Assembly (NCBI GenBank): GCA_023381355.1
Contig: JAMCUL010000016.1
Location: forward strand, 40,244-104,243
Length of the DNA: 64,000 bases
Direction of reading: 5' to 3'
DNA from: Thermoplasmatota archaeon
Lineage (GTDB): Archaea; Thermoplasmatota; Thermoplasmata; Thermoplasmatales; Thermoplasmataceae
Every line of letters begins with the position of its first letter. The stretch's first letter is position 1. Under the pieces are notes generated by a model. The model saw nothing but the letters and a program-made list of their open reading frames with translations, did no database searches and was not told the origin of the DNA. The position numbers were made by a program, and so were the translations under genes. This document shows positions 20,601 to 29,537 of the stretch, one piece after another.

Positions 20601-22829
20601 ACACTGCCTGAATCTTTCCTTGAATACAGTGGTGTTGAATATTGATTTCTTTACATAATCCACAAAATTGTTACTGTTTATCAGTTTCGTCAATTCTTTC
20701 AGGTTTATCTTCCGTTCAAATGTGAGCATGAACCCATCATCAGTTACAGTTACCCTCGTACTGATCTCATACCTGTTCGAAACTGCCTGTGCATAGGCCC
20801 TTGAAAGAGCGTCATTTACCCGCCTCCCAAGAGGAATCAGGAATATTGCACTGAATAGATTCTCATCTATGTATCCCTCTACCAGCAGGTGGCGATCAGT
20901 TGGTATTCCAAAATTCTTCTGCGCCCTCACATATGATACTATGCTTCTTGCCCCGTTCTGATCCACGTGGTATTTTTCCCTGAGCCACTCTTCAATATTG
21001 CCTGTGTCATTGCTTTCCAGATCTACGGCAATCTTCTCCCTGAACCTTCCGATCATTTCCCCCAGATCATATGAACGTGGAAGCATTTCTCCGGTCCATG
21101 AAGGTATTGTTGGCTTCAAACCTGTGGCATCCCTTACAATTACCCTGTTTCCCCTTGATTTTATGAAGGAATATGTTCTTGCGCCAAGCACGAATATGTC
21201 ACCGGGCACCATCCTTTCAACAAATTTGTCGCTCAGCTGCCCAAGATGCCGCCCATTGATATCAATTACCCTGTAATCAGAATCATCAGGGATGGTGCCC
21301 ACATTCATGAAATATATCATCCTGGTGCTCTTCTTCCTTCCGATTGTTCCCTCCTTCTCATCGTACCAGATCTTTGAGTAGACACTGTTGTTTTCAAGCT
21401 TCCCTGCAAGGTAGAAAATAACTGACATGTATTCTTCTCTTGAAAGATTCCTGTATGGAAATGATCTTCTTATGATCTCATAGCATTCATCTATCTTCCA
21501 GGTCTTTTCGAGGGTCATTCCCACTATTGCCTGGGAGAGCACGTCAAGAGCCCCTTCCGGTATGCTCACCCTGTCAATATTCCTGTCATATGCAGCCCGG
21601 GTCAGGACGGAGCACTCCACAAGATCATCAAGATTGAATACCACAAATCTTCCCATGGTCAGCTCATGGATGGAATGTCCAGCACGGCCGATTCTCTGCA
21701 ATCCTTTTGACACGGATTTTGGGCTTCCAATCTGGATCACCAGATCGATGCTTCCAATGTCTATTCCCAGCTCAAGGGAGGTGGACGATATGACGCACCT
21801 CAACTCCCCCTTTTTTAATCTTTCCTCCACATCAATCCTTGTTTCCTTTCCCAATGAAGAATGATGTGCTTCCAGGCTCTCGATTCCTCTGGCCTTCAGT
21901 CTTATTGCGACATGTTCTGTTGCACTTCTTGTATTTGTAAAGATTAGTGTTGTTTTATGATCCTCAATGAGCTTGGCAATAATGTCATACATCCTCTCGT
22001 TTGCAACCTCGAAGCCGGCACTTGTGAGATCTTTTACAGGAGTTATCGTCTCGAGATCAAGACCACGCTTGATGTCCACGTCAACAATTTCGCATTTCCT
22101 TGGTTCCCCATTCTCAAATCCACACAGGAACTGGGCTATGAGCGAGAGAGGTGCCTGTGTGGCTGAGAGGCCAATTCTAACGTATGATGGCGAAACTTCT
22201 TCAAGCCTTTCCATGTTCAGGGATAACAGGGTTCCCCTCTTTGATGAAGAAATCTCATGAATTTCGTCTATTATCACATACTTTACAGTGGTAAATTTTT
22301 CCTTGAACTTTGGTGCAGTGAGGGCAAGAGAAAATGATTCCGGCGTTGTAATGAGGACGTGAGGTGGTTTTCTCAGCATCTTCTGGCGTTCACTTTGTGG
22401 TGTATCGCCGCTCCTGACTGAAACCCTTATTGGTGGGAGATCAAGGCCATGCTCCCTTGCTATACTGTAAATCTCATCTAGGGGAGAATTGAGATTTTTA
22501 TTTATATCATTTGCGAGTGCCTTTAATGGACTGATATAAACACACAGTATTTCATCCTTCAGCTCACCGGACCTTGCCTTCAGGAACAATTCATTCAATA
22601 TCGCCATGAACCCTGTGAGGGTCTTTCCAGTTCCAGTCGGGCTCGAAACCAGTACATTCCTTCCTGCGTGAACAAGGGGAATAACCTTTCGCTGAGGAAT
22701 GGTAAGGGAATCATATTTCCGGTTGAACCACTCAACAATAACATCATCGAGAAATGGTAGCTCATATTCTATTCCCTTCTTTATTATCTCGTTTCCGTCC
22801 GTGTTGATCCTTGGTTCAGTTTTAAACAC
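17691..22829 (-). CDS. lhr: Lhr-family SF2 helicase, long form
   Basis: SPTGTGKT, TTPES, DEIH, SAT, SLELGIDIG, QRIGRAGH; about 850-aa C-terminal extension. Confidence 0.9.
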   Translation of the reverse strand: MFKTEPRINTDGNEIIKKGIEYELPFLDDVIVEWFNRKYDSLTIPQRKVIPLVHAGRNVLVSSPTGTGKTLTGFMAILNELFLKARSGELKDEILCVYISPLKALANDINKNLNSPLDEIYSIAREHGLDLPPIRVSVRSGDTPQSERQKMLRKPPHVLITTPESFSLALTAPKFKEKFTTVKYVIIDEIHEISSSKRGTLLSLNMERLEEVSPSYVRIGLSATQAPLSLIAQFLCGFENGEPRKCEIVDVDIKRGLDLETITPVKDLTSAGFEVANERMYDIIAKLIEDHKTTLIFTNTRSATEHVAIRLKARGIESLEAHHSSLGKETRIDVEERLKKGELRCVISSTSLELGIDIGSIDLVIQIGSPKSVSKGLQRIGRAGHSIHELTMGRFVVFNLDDLVECSVLTRAAYDRNIDRVSIPEGALDVLSQAIVGMTLEKTWKIDECYEIIRRSFPYRNLSREEYMSVIFYLAGKLENNSVYSKIWYDEKEGTIGRKKSTRMIYFMNVGTIPDDSDYRVIDINGRHLGQLSDKFVERMVPGDIFVLGARTYSFIKSRGNRVIVRDATGLKPTIPSWTGEMLPRSYDLGEMIGRFREKIAVDLESNDTGNIEEWLREKYHVDQNGARSIVSYVRAQKNFGIPTDRHLLVEGYIDENLFSAIFLIPLGRRVNDALSRAYAQAVSNRYEISTRVTVTDDGFMLTFERKINLKELTKLINSNNFVDYVKKSIFNTTVFKERFRQCATRSLMVLRRYKGHEVSVVMQQLRSDKVLRALENIPNFPVVTETYREIMNDMMDVPSALAYVSGVIDKDSMHIREYSNESSPFSLSLVLAGVSDVVLMEDRAKLLRELQSRIVDKTYGSEYMDFKIREPSRVEAFYTSKVKRIENRDDLIDLFEYFPFVDISRSRFNSPFPYTGLDVAEMCRELANEGRIRSVYVRGIYWTLPDRVHLFKNLFWRMREAGSDDLKVLEDCNLRTMAEISRETGLAEDAVKNSLASLESMYLIERKFRGDRIVYARSVESIPGDYSAENLVYDTLKSMGPMTSDELSIKLPMDREILEECLVNLKNDSMIIEDYITPVFAKQYMIKGDLEKILGMESVEPSEVRLGKFMRQISSAEEYFDSIGFYTNIESMTMRIRDADRRQEPDGLISGRFFRHRYTVMNRNLGMALQKLREDDTNEQEDIIYEFLKYGRATAEAISRGTSIPIKEVKQVLKSLEFRVLISSDGNTYGRLPESGLDRNEAMQVLLKFIGPATQREIMRSFWFNIRKEDLNGITVTHGRDGAYYGEPVKNDAEEIILPVSDPVMIFMGRLVTENSGFTHAFYSRGKLNAIMNLTIMPEALWIDQIEFEQAEAQERFCSYLDREYISKEMSVLVTEPVEKIRLRFVELGYRESNGILIKGSDSFIALYMDSLFKYSVISYGNSIPKSGRVLDNIYEAYLGIRDNSEATMWGIKTVDLESYFASEIIFSFNGPLGLTSKGTLETVSLYRTLRNTVLTEIDHRVLKFIMEYPASEEEIIGSLAGQYENIRESIQKLWAGGMICRDARAKYRFVVEKFTMEEAAHVLITKIISVFGYVNYDMFRKISLCEDQAVYDRAMKKISAKRKLSRIFILDAKMFISATDTFMTQKPGKGREVIISPRDLIYAIFKNTIKSNFGGTRMFLYIVDGSPVLSMEARRSKNDLAIENFNGDMTRRRECIRALSEFGYSVKFDK

Positions 22830-22872
22830 TATAAAAGGTTTACCTGAAAATGTTATTTATTCCGTAATTTTC

Positions 22873-23985
22873 CTATTCCTGCTGTCGCTTGATAACATAT
22901 TCCGTTTGATCCGATGAAAACTTTGCGAGTTTTTGAATTTTATCCTCAATTCTGGATCTATCCATGCCGTAAGCAGTAAGTACTTCCCTGAAAAATCCGA
23001 TCACCATGTCATAGTCCTCATGGTCTACCGGTTTTGGTATACCGTCCTTGCCTCCCAGGGCATAGGAATAACGCACTGGATCTTCCATGCTTATTTTTTC
23101 GCCGGTTATGACTTCAGAAATGTATGCTATTGCTCTAATTGTACTCTTTCCGGCCCCTGGAAATGATACAAGATCCATAATAGTTGATGGCTCATATTCA
23201 TAAATTTCCCTGAGTTTTTCAAAAGGTACCCTGACACCAAGATTCAGTACCGGAGAGCCTGAGAAATTATCCAGTGTGCTTTGGCTTCCCTGCATGATCG
23301 CTGGTTTCTCCCTTATTGCCCTCAGCATGTTCTGCCTGATTCTAGCGTTCAGATGAGATGATAGATCAAGAGCACTGGGAACTGTTGTTGCAGAAGTTAT
23401 GCCATTCCTCTGCTCCTCCACAGGGTTGTATTCCTCCAGATTGCTCCAGTGGTAACGTCTCGCAAGTCTCCGGTCAGCATTCAGGCCCTGCTGCACCACA
23501 CTGTAATTACCCCTGTAGTCTGCGATCAGGCTGTGTATGTAGATATCAAATCCATCCTGGAGCAGGCTGCTGTCAATTTTCGCAATGTAATCACTTTCAC
23601 GGATGAGCCTTCTGGCAATTGATGCAGACTGCATGTGCTGCGATTTATTTTCAATCTCGCCTGACTTAAGTTTCATGCTCTTTCCCTTTCCCCCTGATAT
23701 GAAAAATGGTTCATCGTGGTTTGCAAGGTAGTCCTTCAGTGCATGAATTGTGGTCGTTGTAGTTCCACTTGAATTCCAGTCGAAGCCTGTTACAAGGCTC
23801 AGTGAATGAAACCAGACAGGATCTGAAAAACGCCTGACAAGTTCCTTGGGAGAATATATCTCACTGATGAGAGTGCATATCTGCCCCGTGAGGGTTACCA
23901 TCTTCCTGTAAAGATTTTCAGGAGGCTTGCCGTAATGCAGTGGTAGATATGAAACACCCCCCCTCTCCATGCATGCACCAATCAA
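22873..23985 (-). CDS. DUF763 family protein
   Basis: LPLHYGKPP, GFDWNSSGTTT, ARRYHW, GGKDG. Confidence 0.85.
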   Translation of the reverse strand: MIGACMERGGVSYLPLHYGKPPENLYRKMVTLTGQICTLISEIYSPKELVRRFSDPVWFHSLSLVTGFDWNSSGTTTTTIHALKDYLANHDEPFFISGGKGKSMKLKSGEIENKSQHMQSASIARRLIRESDYIAKIDSSLLQDGFDIYIHSLIADYRGNYSVVQQGLNADRRLARRYHWSNLEEYNPVEEQRNGITSATTVPSALDLSSHLNARIRQNMLRAIREKPAIMQGSQSTLDNFSGSPVLNLGVRVPFEKLREIYEYEPSTIMDLVSFPGAGKSTIRAIAYISEVITGEKISMEDPVRYSYALGGKDGIPKPVDHEDYDMVIGFFREVLTAYGMDRSRIEDKIQKLAKFSSDQTEYVIKRQQE

Positions 23986-24070
23986 AACAGCAATATAAAC
24001 AATTTCTGTTGATCACGAACGGCTGGTTGATTCAGATAAAGATTTAGTACGAGTGGGATATCCCTAAAGC

Positions 24071-24373
24071 ATGGCGCAGTTTAGCTGTTACGAATGCAAG
24101 AAAGAGGTCAGGACAGGGGAGAAGTTTACCTTCACAAAACTTGGTGCAGTACATTTTGACTGCTTCATATCCGCCAAGCGAAGAACTATTGAACCTTCCA
24201 AAGAGGAGCATCTAAGGACATATTCATTGATTCTTGATTCAGAGTTGACTCATCTGCTCAATCTCCTAAGAGTTGAACCAAAGGGAGATGACGAGAAGAT
24301 TTACCACAACCAGAAATATAAGGATATCGAAAAAAGCGCAGGCGAAACCACGAAGAAGATTGTGGAACTATAG
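24071..24373 (+). CDS. DUF2175 family zinc-finger protein
   Basis: CYEC...FTFTKLGAVHFDC. Confidence 0.8.
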   Translation: MAQFSCYECKKEVRTGEKFTFTKLGAVHFDCFISAKRRTIEPSKEEHLRTYSLILDSELTHLLNLLRVEPKGDDEKIYHNQKYKDIEKSAGETTKKIVEL

Positions 24374-24382
24374 AATAACAGC

Positions 24383-24398
24383 ACCGGGGTTTCCCGGT
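24383..24398. terminator. GC-rich hairpin between convergent genes
   Basis: ACCGGG-GTTT-CCCGGT perfect 6-bp stem. Confidence 0.35.
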
Positions 24399-24532
24399 TA
24401 TGATGTCCCCGAATGTTTGAGGTTCCTTCCTGAAAATCAAAACAACCTGTCATCATTAAATAAATTTTAATATCAATCTTGAGTTGATTCTGGTGAACCG
24501 GGATAAATTGAGTGGCAAAAAATACAGTGGAC

Positions 24533-24688
24533 TTATTTCTTCTTTTTGAATTCTGTATATCCACATTTTCCACAAGTGAATCTGTCCTCATGCTCGGCGA
24601 GGTATACACCAACACCGCACCTGGGGCAGTTTCTCTTCTGCCTTACGAGCTTGTTGTTTTCCAGCTTATAAAATTCCCTCTTCTGCAT
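24533..24688 (-). CDS. rps27ae: 30S ribosomal protein S27ae (eS31), not in ORF track
   Basis: [51 protein letters not shown]; follows rps24e. Confidence 0.95.
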   Translation of the reverse strand: MQKREFYKLENNKLVRQKRNCPRCGVGVYLAEHEDRFTCGKCGYTEFKKKK

Positions 24689-24987
24689 TACTGCTTCGCC
24701 TCCTTTGTTTTAAGCCCATTCCTGAAAAGCTCGTAATCTGGTTCATAAAGCATTGCGTCTTCCTTTTTTGAATAAATCTTGCTATATCCCTCAAGTAAAT
24801 GAAGTCCAGTCTTCTGGAGATTCTTGTCAACTATCACAAGATCCTTGTTGCTGTTGGTGTTTCTTGCTATTATCTCCTTAATTACCTCCCTAGATGGAGT
24901 TGGGCTGTTCTCGTATTCGAGAGTGTATTTAATTTCCTTTCTCTTCAAAATTTTATTTTCCTTTGATTCCACTATCTTAAAGTTCAT
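24688..24987 (-). CDS. rps24e: 30S ribosomal protein S24e
   Basis: [23 protein letters not shown]; conserved operon position. Confidence 0.93.
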   Translation of the reverse strand: MNFKIVESKENKILKRKEIKYTLEYENSPTPSREVIKEIIARNTNSNKDLVIVDKNLQKTGLHLLEGYSKIYSKKEDAMLYEPDYELFRNGLKTKEAKQ

Positions 24988-25486
24988 GCTTTTTCACTTC
25001 CATTTTATCAAATATCTTCTCAACCAGTTCTTTAGTCTTCCCTTCAATATGAATTACTGCCATTCCCTCATCCGGAATGCCGTAAACTACCAGTGAATGA
25101 ATTGGAGCATAAAAAATTATTGGTAATACTGCCAGATCTTCCTCACCCTCAACCTCTATGTTCGTCCTGTCACGACTTAAAATCGCCCGGGATACTTCCT
25201 TAATCAATTCCCCTGAAACAACGCCTGGTGCATTCCTGACCTTTCGAGAACCCTCTTTGCCGCTGTATGTCTCCTTTCCCCTCTGTGTCCTGAGATCGTA
25301 TACTTCAATTTTAGGGAATATCCCGTTTTCTTCAAGAATCTTGCAGGTGAAATCCCCAACTGCAAAAAGGTTGCTGAAATCTGTCTCCTTAAGACTCAGA
25401 GGGTCTATCAGCTCACCATCATTTGACTGAATCAGCTGACGGACTTCCTCATTTATAATGTAATCACTGTCGAACTTTAATTGCAT
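24977..25486 (-). CDS. GTP-dependent dephospho-CoA kinase (DUF359)
   Basis: VGD, YDLRTQR, NAPG, VEGEEDLA, YGIPDEG; sits between spt4 and rps24e. Confidence 0.88.
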   Translation of the reverse strand: MQLKFDSDYIINEEVRQLIQSNDGELIDPLSLKETDFSNLFAVGDFTCKILEENGIFPKIEVYDLRTQRGKETYSGKEGSRKVRNAPGVVSGELIKEVSRAILSRDRTNIEVEGEEDLAVLPIIFYAPIHSLVVYGIPDEGMAVIHIEGKTKELVEKIFDKMEVKKHEL

Positions 25487-25673
25487 ACGTCCCTTCGGTA
25501 GTGATTCCTGCTCTCCTGGCAATTTGAGAATTTACTGGATCTACAATTATAAGGAAGCCATACCAGTCATCGGTCATGTGGGAATCCCCGTGGTCAGGGC
25601 ATGGTTGATCAAGGTATATTCGCTTGCAGGTTTTGCATGCCATGTATTTCTTCTTGGTAGATTTTACGCTCAT
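25464..25673 (-). CDS. spt4: Transcription elongation factor Spt4 (RpoE'')
   Basis: ACKTC..CPDH, WYGFLII, SQIARRAGI..GTYAIKVR. Confidence 0.92.
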   Translation of the reverse strand: MSVKSTKKKYMACKTCKRIYLDQPCPDHGDSHMTDDWYGFLIIVDPVNSQIARRAGITTEGTYAIKVRQ

Positions 25674-26422
25674 AGTTCCTCACCCAGGTCTTCTTCCCCA
25701 AGATTCTCTTCCTCTGAATCTTCCTCCGGGATCGGTGAACTGGACACAAGATTCGATTCTGACGAAGCAGATTTCCCTGACGGCTTCTTTTTTGCAGGCT
25801 TCTTTGTCTTTGATTCTGCCGGGATTGAGACCTTCTTCTCCTCTGAAGGATCGTTCTTCAGCCACTGAAGCTTGCCCAGTCCAGGCTGCTTCATTGTGAA
25901 TCCGATTCTCCTGTCGCTTGGCGAGGATGATGATATATTAAGCATAACTATCCTTATCCTGACCTTGTCGCCGGTCCTCATCTCCCTGTTCGTGTCCTTC
26001 CCGATAAGCCTCTTGTTTCCCTCATCTATTTCAATCCTGTCGTCCATTATCTGCCCGACGTGAAGCAGCCCTTCGAATGGCCCAAAACGGACGAATGCGC
26101 CTATTTTCGGAACCACCGAAACTATTACACCCTCCACTATCTCGTTCATTTTCGGGATGAAGGCCAGTGCCTTGTATGTTATGTTCTGATAAACACCCCC
26201 ATCACCGTGTACTATTATCCCATCACCGTTCTTGTTAATTTCCAGAATGGTTACCACATAACACTTCTGCATGTCATTCCTGGAATTGCTGTCAGGGACA
26301 TAATCCACAATTGAGCCCTGAAGCTCCCTTCTTGTCACGTCCTCAACGGCGCTGTCATAGTCCTCCCCCAACAACGTTGGAGGCACTCTTGCCAAATAAT
26401 CATCCTCAATAATTGCATACAA
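25670..26422 (-). CDS. rpoE1: RNA polymerase subunit E' (Rpo7) with C-terminal extension
   Basis: RVPP, HGDGGVY, GAFVRFGPFEGLLHVGQIMDD, TMKQPGLGKL. Confidence 0.93.
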   Translation of the reverse strand: MYAIIEDDYLARVPPTLLGEDYDSAVEDVTRRELQGSIVDYVPDSNSRNDMQKCYVVTILEINKNGDGIIVHGDGGVYQNITYKALAFIPKMNEIVEGVIVSVVPKIGAFVRFGPFEGLLHVGQIMDDRIEIDEGNKRLIGKDTNREMRTGDKVRIRIVMLNISSSSPSDRRIGFTMKQPGLGKLQWLKNDPSEEKKVSIPAESKTKKPAKKKPSGKSASSESNLVSSSPIPEEDSEEENLGEEDLGEEL

Positions 26423-26565
26423 ACAGAATCACCCATATACCTCGAGATACAAAGTAAAACAGTATATTACATTCATTTATAAATATAATGATTTCCTTCC
26501 ATCCAGCCATGAACTCATTATTTCCCAATCCTTTGCAAAGCAAAATAAATAATTGCAGAAAGTGA

Positions 26566-28395
26566 TTGGGATTTGAGATGAAAGAAAAAGAAAGTTCCCT
26601 GGACATATTTGCCTTTGTGAACATATACAGAAATGATATAAAGGATGCATTTTTCAAGAAGATATATGAACTGGGACAGGGTAGATTCATCTTTCAGATT
26701 CACAGCTCTGCACTCAAGACAGTCCCTCTATATATTGATGTGAAGAGGGGTGTCTGCCTCATGGACACTGAAAGGGGTCAAGATGCAGGGCAGACCGCAA
26801 TGTACCTGAGAAAATTGTTTATGGACAGAAAAATCAGGGAAATCAGCCAGATTAATTTTGACAGGGTAATCAGAATTGATACTTACAGTGGTTCATCACT
26901 TGTCATTGAGCTTTTCAGGGATGGAAACCTGATCGTTCTCCAGGATGATAAAATTGACTATGCGCTTTTCCCGAGGGAATGGAAGAACAGGAAGATACTG
27001 AAGGGAGAGGCGTACATTCCACCTTCCAGTTTTGATCCTCTCTCAATTTCATACAGTGAGGCCAGGGAAATGCTGGCAAAGAGCAAGGCATCAATTGTTC
27101 AAACCCTTGCCACGAGGATGAATTTTGGTGGTGATCTTGCCGAAGAAGTACTGTTCAGGAATTCCATTCAAAAGGATTCAAAGCTGGAACCTGACGAAAG
27201 TGAAATAAAGAGATTGATGGATGCCACAAGGGAAATCCTTGCAGAGTCTGTGCAGAACAGGGGTTATATTTACAGTGATGGGACTGCCTCTCCTACCCTG
27301 ATGAAACACCGGGAACCTGAGAAATATGAGATAACTGACACATTCAACAGTGCCCTTGAAAAAACGATGCAGAAAGAAATGGAAGTAAATCCTGTTAATG
27401 AAAAGATAAGAAGAATCGTGGAGAGCCAGGAGAAGGCAATAAAGGAGTATGAAAAAAAGGTGGAGGAATATAAAAATGCGGGAAACTTCATTGCCAGAAA
27501 CTTTCAGGAAATTGGGAAAGCAATTAAGATACTCAGGGGTAATATAGCCCAGTCTGACGTAATAAACCTTGGACAGGTAAAACTTGATGTGGTGAAAAAG
27601 GACCTGGCTTCTAAAACAGCAACTCTCTCGTCAGGAGATATTTTGTTCGAAATAGAATACCTGAAGACCCCCGGGGAGAACATGGAGAGATTATTCAACA
27701 TGTCAAAAGAGTACAGGGATAAGATTGAAGGTGCAAAGATTGCAATGGAAAATTCTCTGGGCAATATTGTCATTGAGCAGGAGAGGAAAAAGAAGAACAG
27801 GCCGAGATTCTGGTTTGAAACCTATCACTGGTTCTTCACGAAGGGAGGAAAGCTTGTACTTTCTGGAAAGAATACTGATTCTAATGAAAAGGTTGTTAAG
27901 AAATACCTGGAAGAAAATGATATCTATGTTCACGCTGATATGTATGGTGCCCCCAGTACTGTGATCAAGAAGGGGGACGATGGAACTCCAATTTCAGAGG
28001 ATGATATTCGTGAGGCAGGAATTTTTGCCGTCTCCTTTTCACGTGCGTGGCAGAATGGCCTGGCATCAGGATCAGCCTACTGGGTGACGTCCCAACAGGT
28101 AAGTAAGACGCCAGAATCCGGGCAATACGTGAGAAAGGGGTCCTGGATAGTCCGGGGAAAGAGAACATATCTTTTTGAATTGCCTATCGAACTTTACATT
28201 TCACCGATCGAGTACAGAGGCGTGAGGATACCAATGATTTCTCCATGGAAGAGTGATGAAAAATGCGTCAAGATCATTCCCGGAAACAAGAAGAAGGATA
28301 AAATCGCTAAGGAAATAGGGGACTATCTTGAGTTTGACCCCGAAGAAATCATCCAGATCCTCCCCACGGGAAACACAGACATTGTCAGTGCTTAG
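26566..28395 (+). CDS. rqcH: Ribosome quality control Rqc2/NEMF (NFACT) protein
   Basis: FDRVI, ELFRDGNLI, WFETYHWF, HADMYGAP, QVSKTPESG.Y..GSW. Confidence 0.9.
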   Translation: MGFEMKEKESSLDIFAFVNIYRNDIKDAFFKKIYELGQGRFIFQIHSSALKTVPLYIDVKRGVCLMDTERGQDAGQTAMYLRKLFMDRKIREISQINFDRVIRIDTYSGSSLVIELFRDGNLIVLQDDKIDYALFPREWKNRKILKGEAYIPPSSFDPLSISYSEAREMLAKSKASIVQTLATRMNFGGDLAEEVLFRNSIQKDSKLEPDESEIKRLMDATREILAESVQNRGYIYSDGTASPTLMKHREPEKYEITDTFNSALEKTMQKEMEVNPVNEKIRRIVESQEKAIKEYEKKVEEYKNAGNFIARNFQEIGKAIKILRGNIAQSDVINLGQVKLDVVKKDLASKTATLSSGDILFEIEYLKTPGENMERLFNMSKEYRDKIEGAKIAMENSLGNIVIEQERKKKNRPRFWFETYHWFFTKGGKLVLSGKNTDSNEKVVKKYLEENDIYVHADMYGAPSTVIKKGDDGTPISEDDIREAGIFAVSFSRAWQNGLASGSAYWVTSQQVSKTPESGQYVRKGSWIVRGKRTYLFELPIELYISPIEYRGVRIPMISPWKSDEKCVKIIPGNKKKDKIAKEIGDYLEFDPEEIIQILPTGNTDIVSA

Positions 28396-29320
28396 AAAGA
28401 TCTTTTTTCAGGTTTTCAAGTACCCTTACATCCTCTGGATCATAATTTCCGAGTATGCCGACCTGGACTGTAAGTATATCTATGTAATGAATCAGATATA
28501 TCAGCTTCTCAAGCCTCGTGTTTCCTTTCGCTCTTATCCGGTGAAAATTAACACCAGATATCGATTCTACCATGTCCATGCGCCTGGCGTTTCTTGAATT
28601 CATATCTCCCTCAACGCACAGGTAGAAAAATCTTTCCTTCATTTTCCTGTTGAGCGCCATCGGGACAAGCTCGTTATGATTCTGTTCAGACAGAGAATGA
28701 CTGATCGCAAACATCTTGGAATTCTCATTAAACTGCGTCTTGAACCTGTAACTGAGGCTCGCGAATGGTTCCCATGACAGGATATAAGGAATCCTGTCTG
28801 ATTCTACTATTTCATTAGCCAGTGAGCCTATTTCGTCTGACATGGAGAATGCACTGGAAATAGCGCTACCGAGATTTGAATCGTTCACCTCGTCCGTCTG
28901 GAAGGTGTTCAGAAGTGGCATAAGCAGATATCCAAGCGACTCTCTTGGCTGGAGGCCCACAGGGATTCGTATGACTTCATCTGACATACCCGCAAGCTTT
29001 CCACCAGAAGTGACAGAGTGTATGGTTATGCCCCTTTCCCTGGCCTTCTCTACCACAGACAGTGTTTCCTCGGTGTTTCCACTGTAACTCTCAGCAATGA
29101 AGAATGTGTTTTTATCAACAAAATCTGGAAGATCATATCCATCCACAACATTAACCGGCTCCTTGCCATAAAGTGATGAAAATATCCTCCCTGAGACTCC
29201 TGAACCGCCCATGCCGGCTATGGTTATTGAGGAATGATCCATTAGGCCGAACTTGTCTTTTATCTTGACCTGATTAGATATATCCATAACCTGCTTAAAA
29301 AAAGGATCACTGAAATTCAT
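28385..29320 (-). CDS. Bifunctional phosphoglucose/phosphomannose isomerase (SIS)
   Basis: GMGGSG, SYSGNTEET, TSGG, QPR, NENSK, EQNHNE; start at MNFSD after AGGTG. Confidence 0.9.
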   Translation of the reverse strand: MNFSDPFFKQVMDISNQVKIKDKFGLMDHSSITIAGMGGSGVSGRIFSSLYGKEPVNVVDGYDLPDFVDKNTFFIAESYSGNTEETLSVVEKARERGITIHSVTSGGKLAGMSDEVIRIPVGLQPRESLGYLLMPLLNTFQTDEVNDSNLGSAISSAFSMSDEIGSLANEIVESDRIPYILSWEPFASLSYRFKTQFNENSKMFAISHSLSEQNHNELVPMALNRKMKERFFYLCVEGDMNSRNARRMDMVESISGVNFHRIRAKGNTRLEKLIYLIHYIDILTVQVGILGNYDPEDVRVLENLKKDLSKH

Positions 29321-29331
29321 ATTATTAACAC

Positions 29332-29433
29332 CTAAAGTGGAGCCACGACCATCAGAAATCCCCATATGGCTGGCAGTAATCCTGCGAGTGTGATCAGGAC
29401 ATATATCTTGTAATTTGCGGACATACTTACCAT
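29332..29433 (-). CDS. Putative 33-aa single-TM peptide, not in ORF track
   Basis: MVSMSANYKIYVLITLAGLLPAIWGFLMVVAPL*; AT-rich promoter-like DNA upstream. Confidence 0.55.
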   Translation of the reverse strand: MVSMSANYKIYVLITLAGLLPAIWGFLMVVAPL

Positions 29434-29537
29434 ATAAATTGTTTTTTAATTAAACTTTTCATTTGAATCGATAGAAATGAAATAAAATACGGTATGAATT
29501 CCAGTTTTAGAAAATATAAATAGTACAGGTAGAAATT

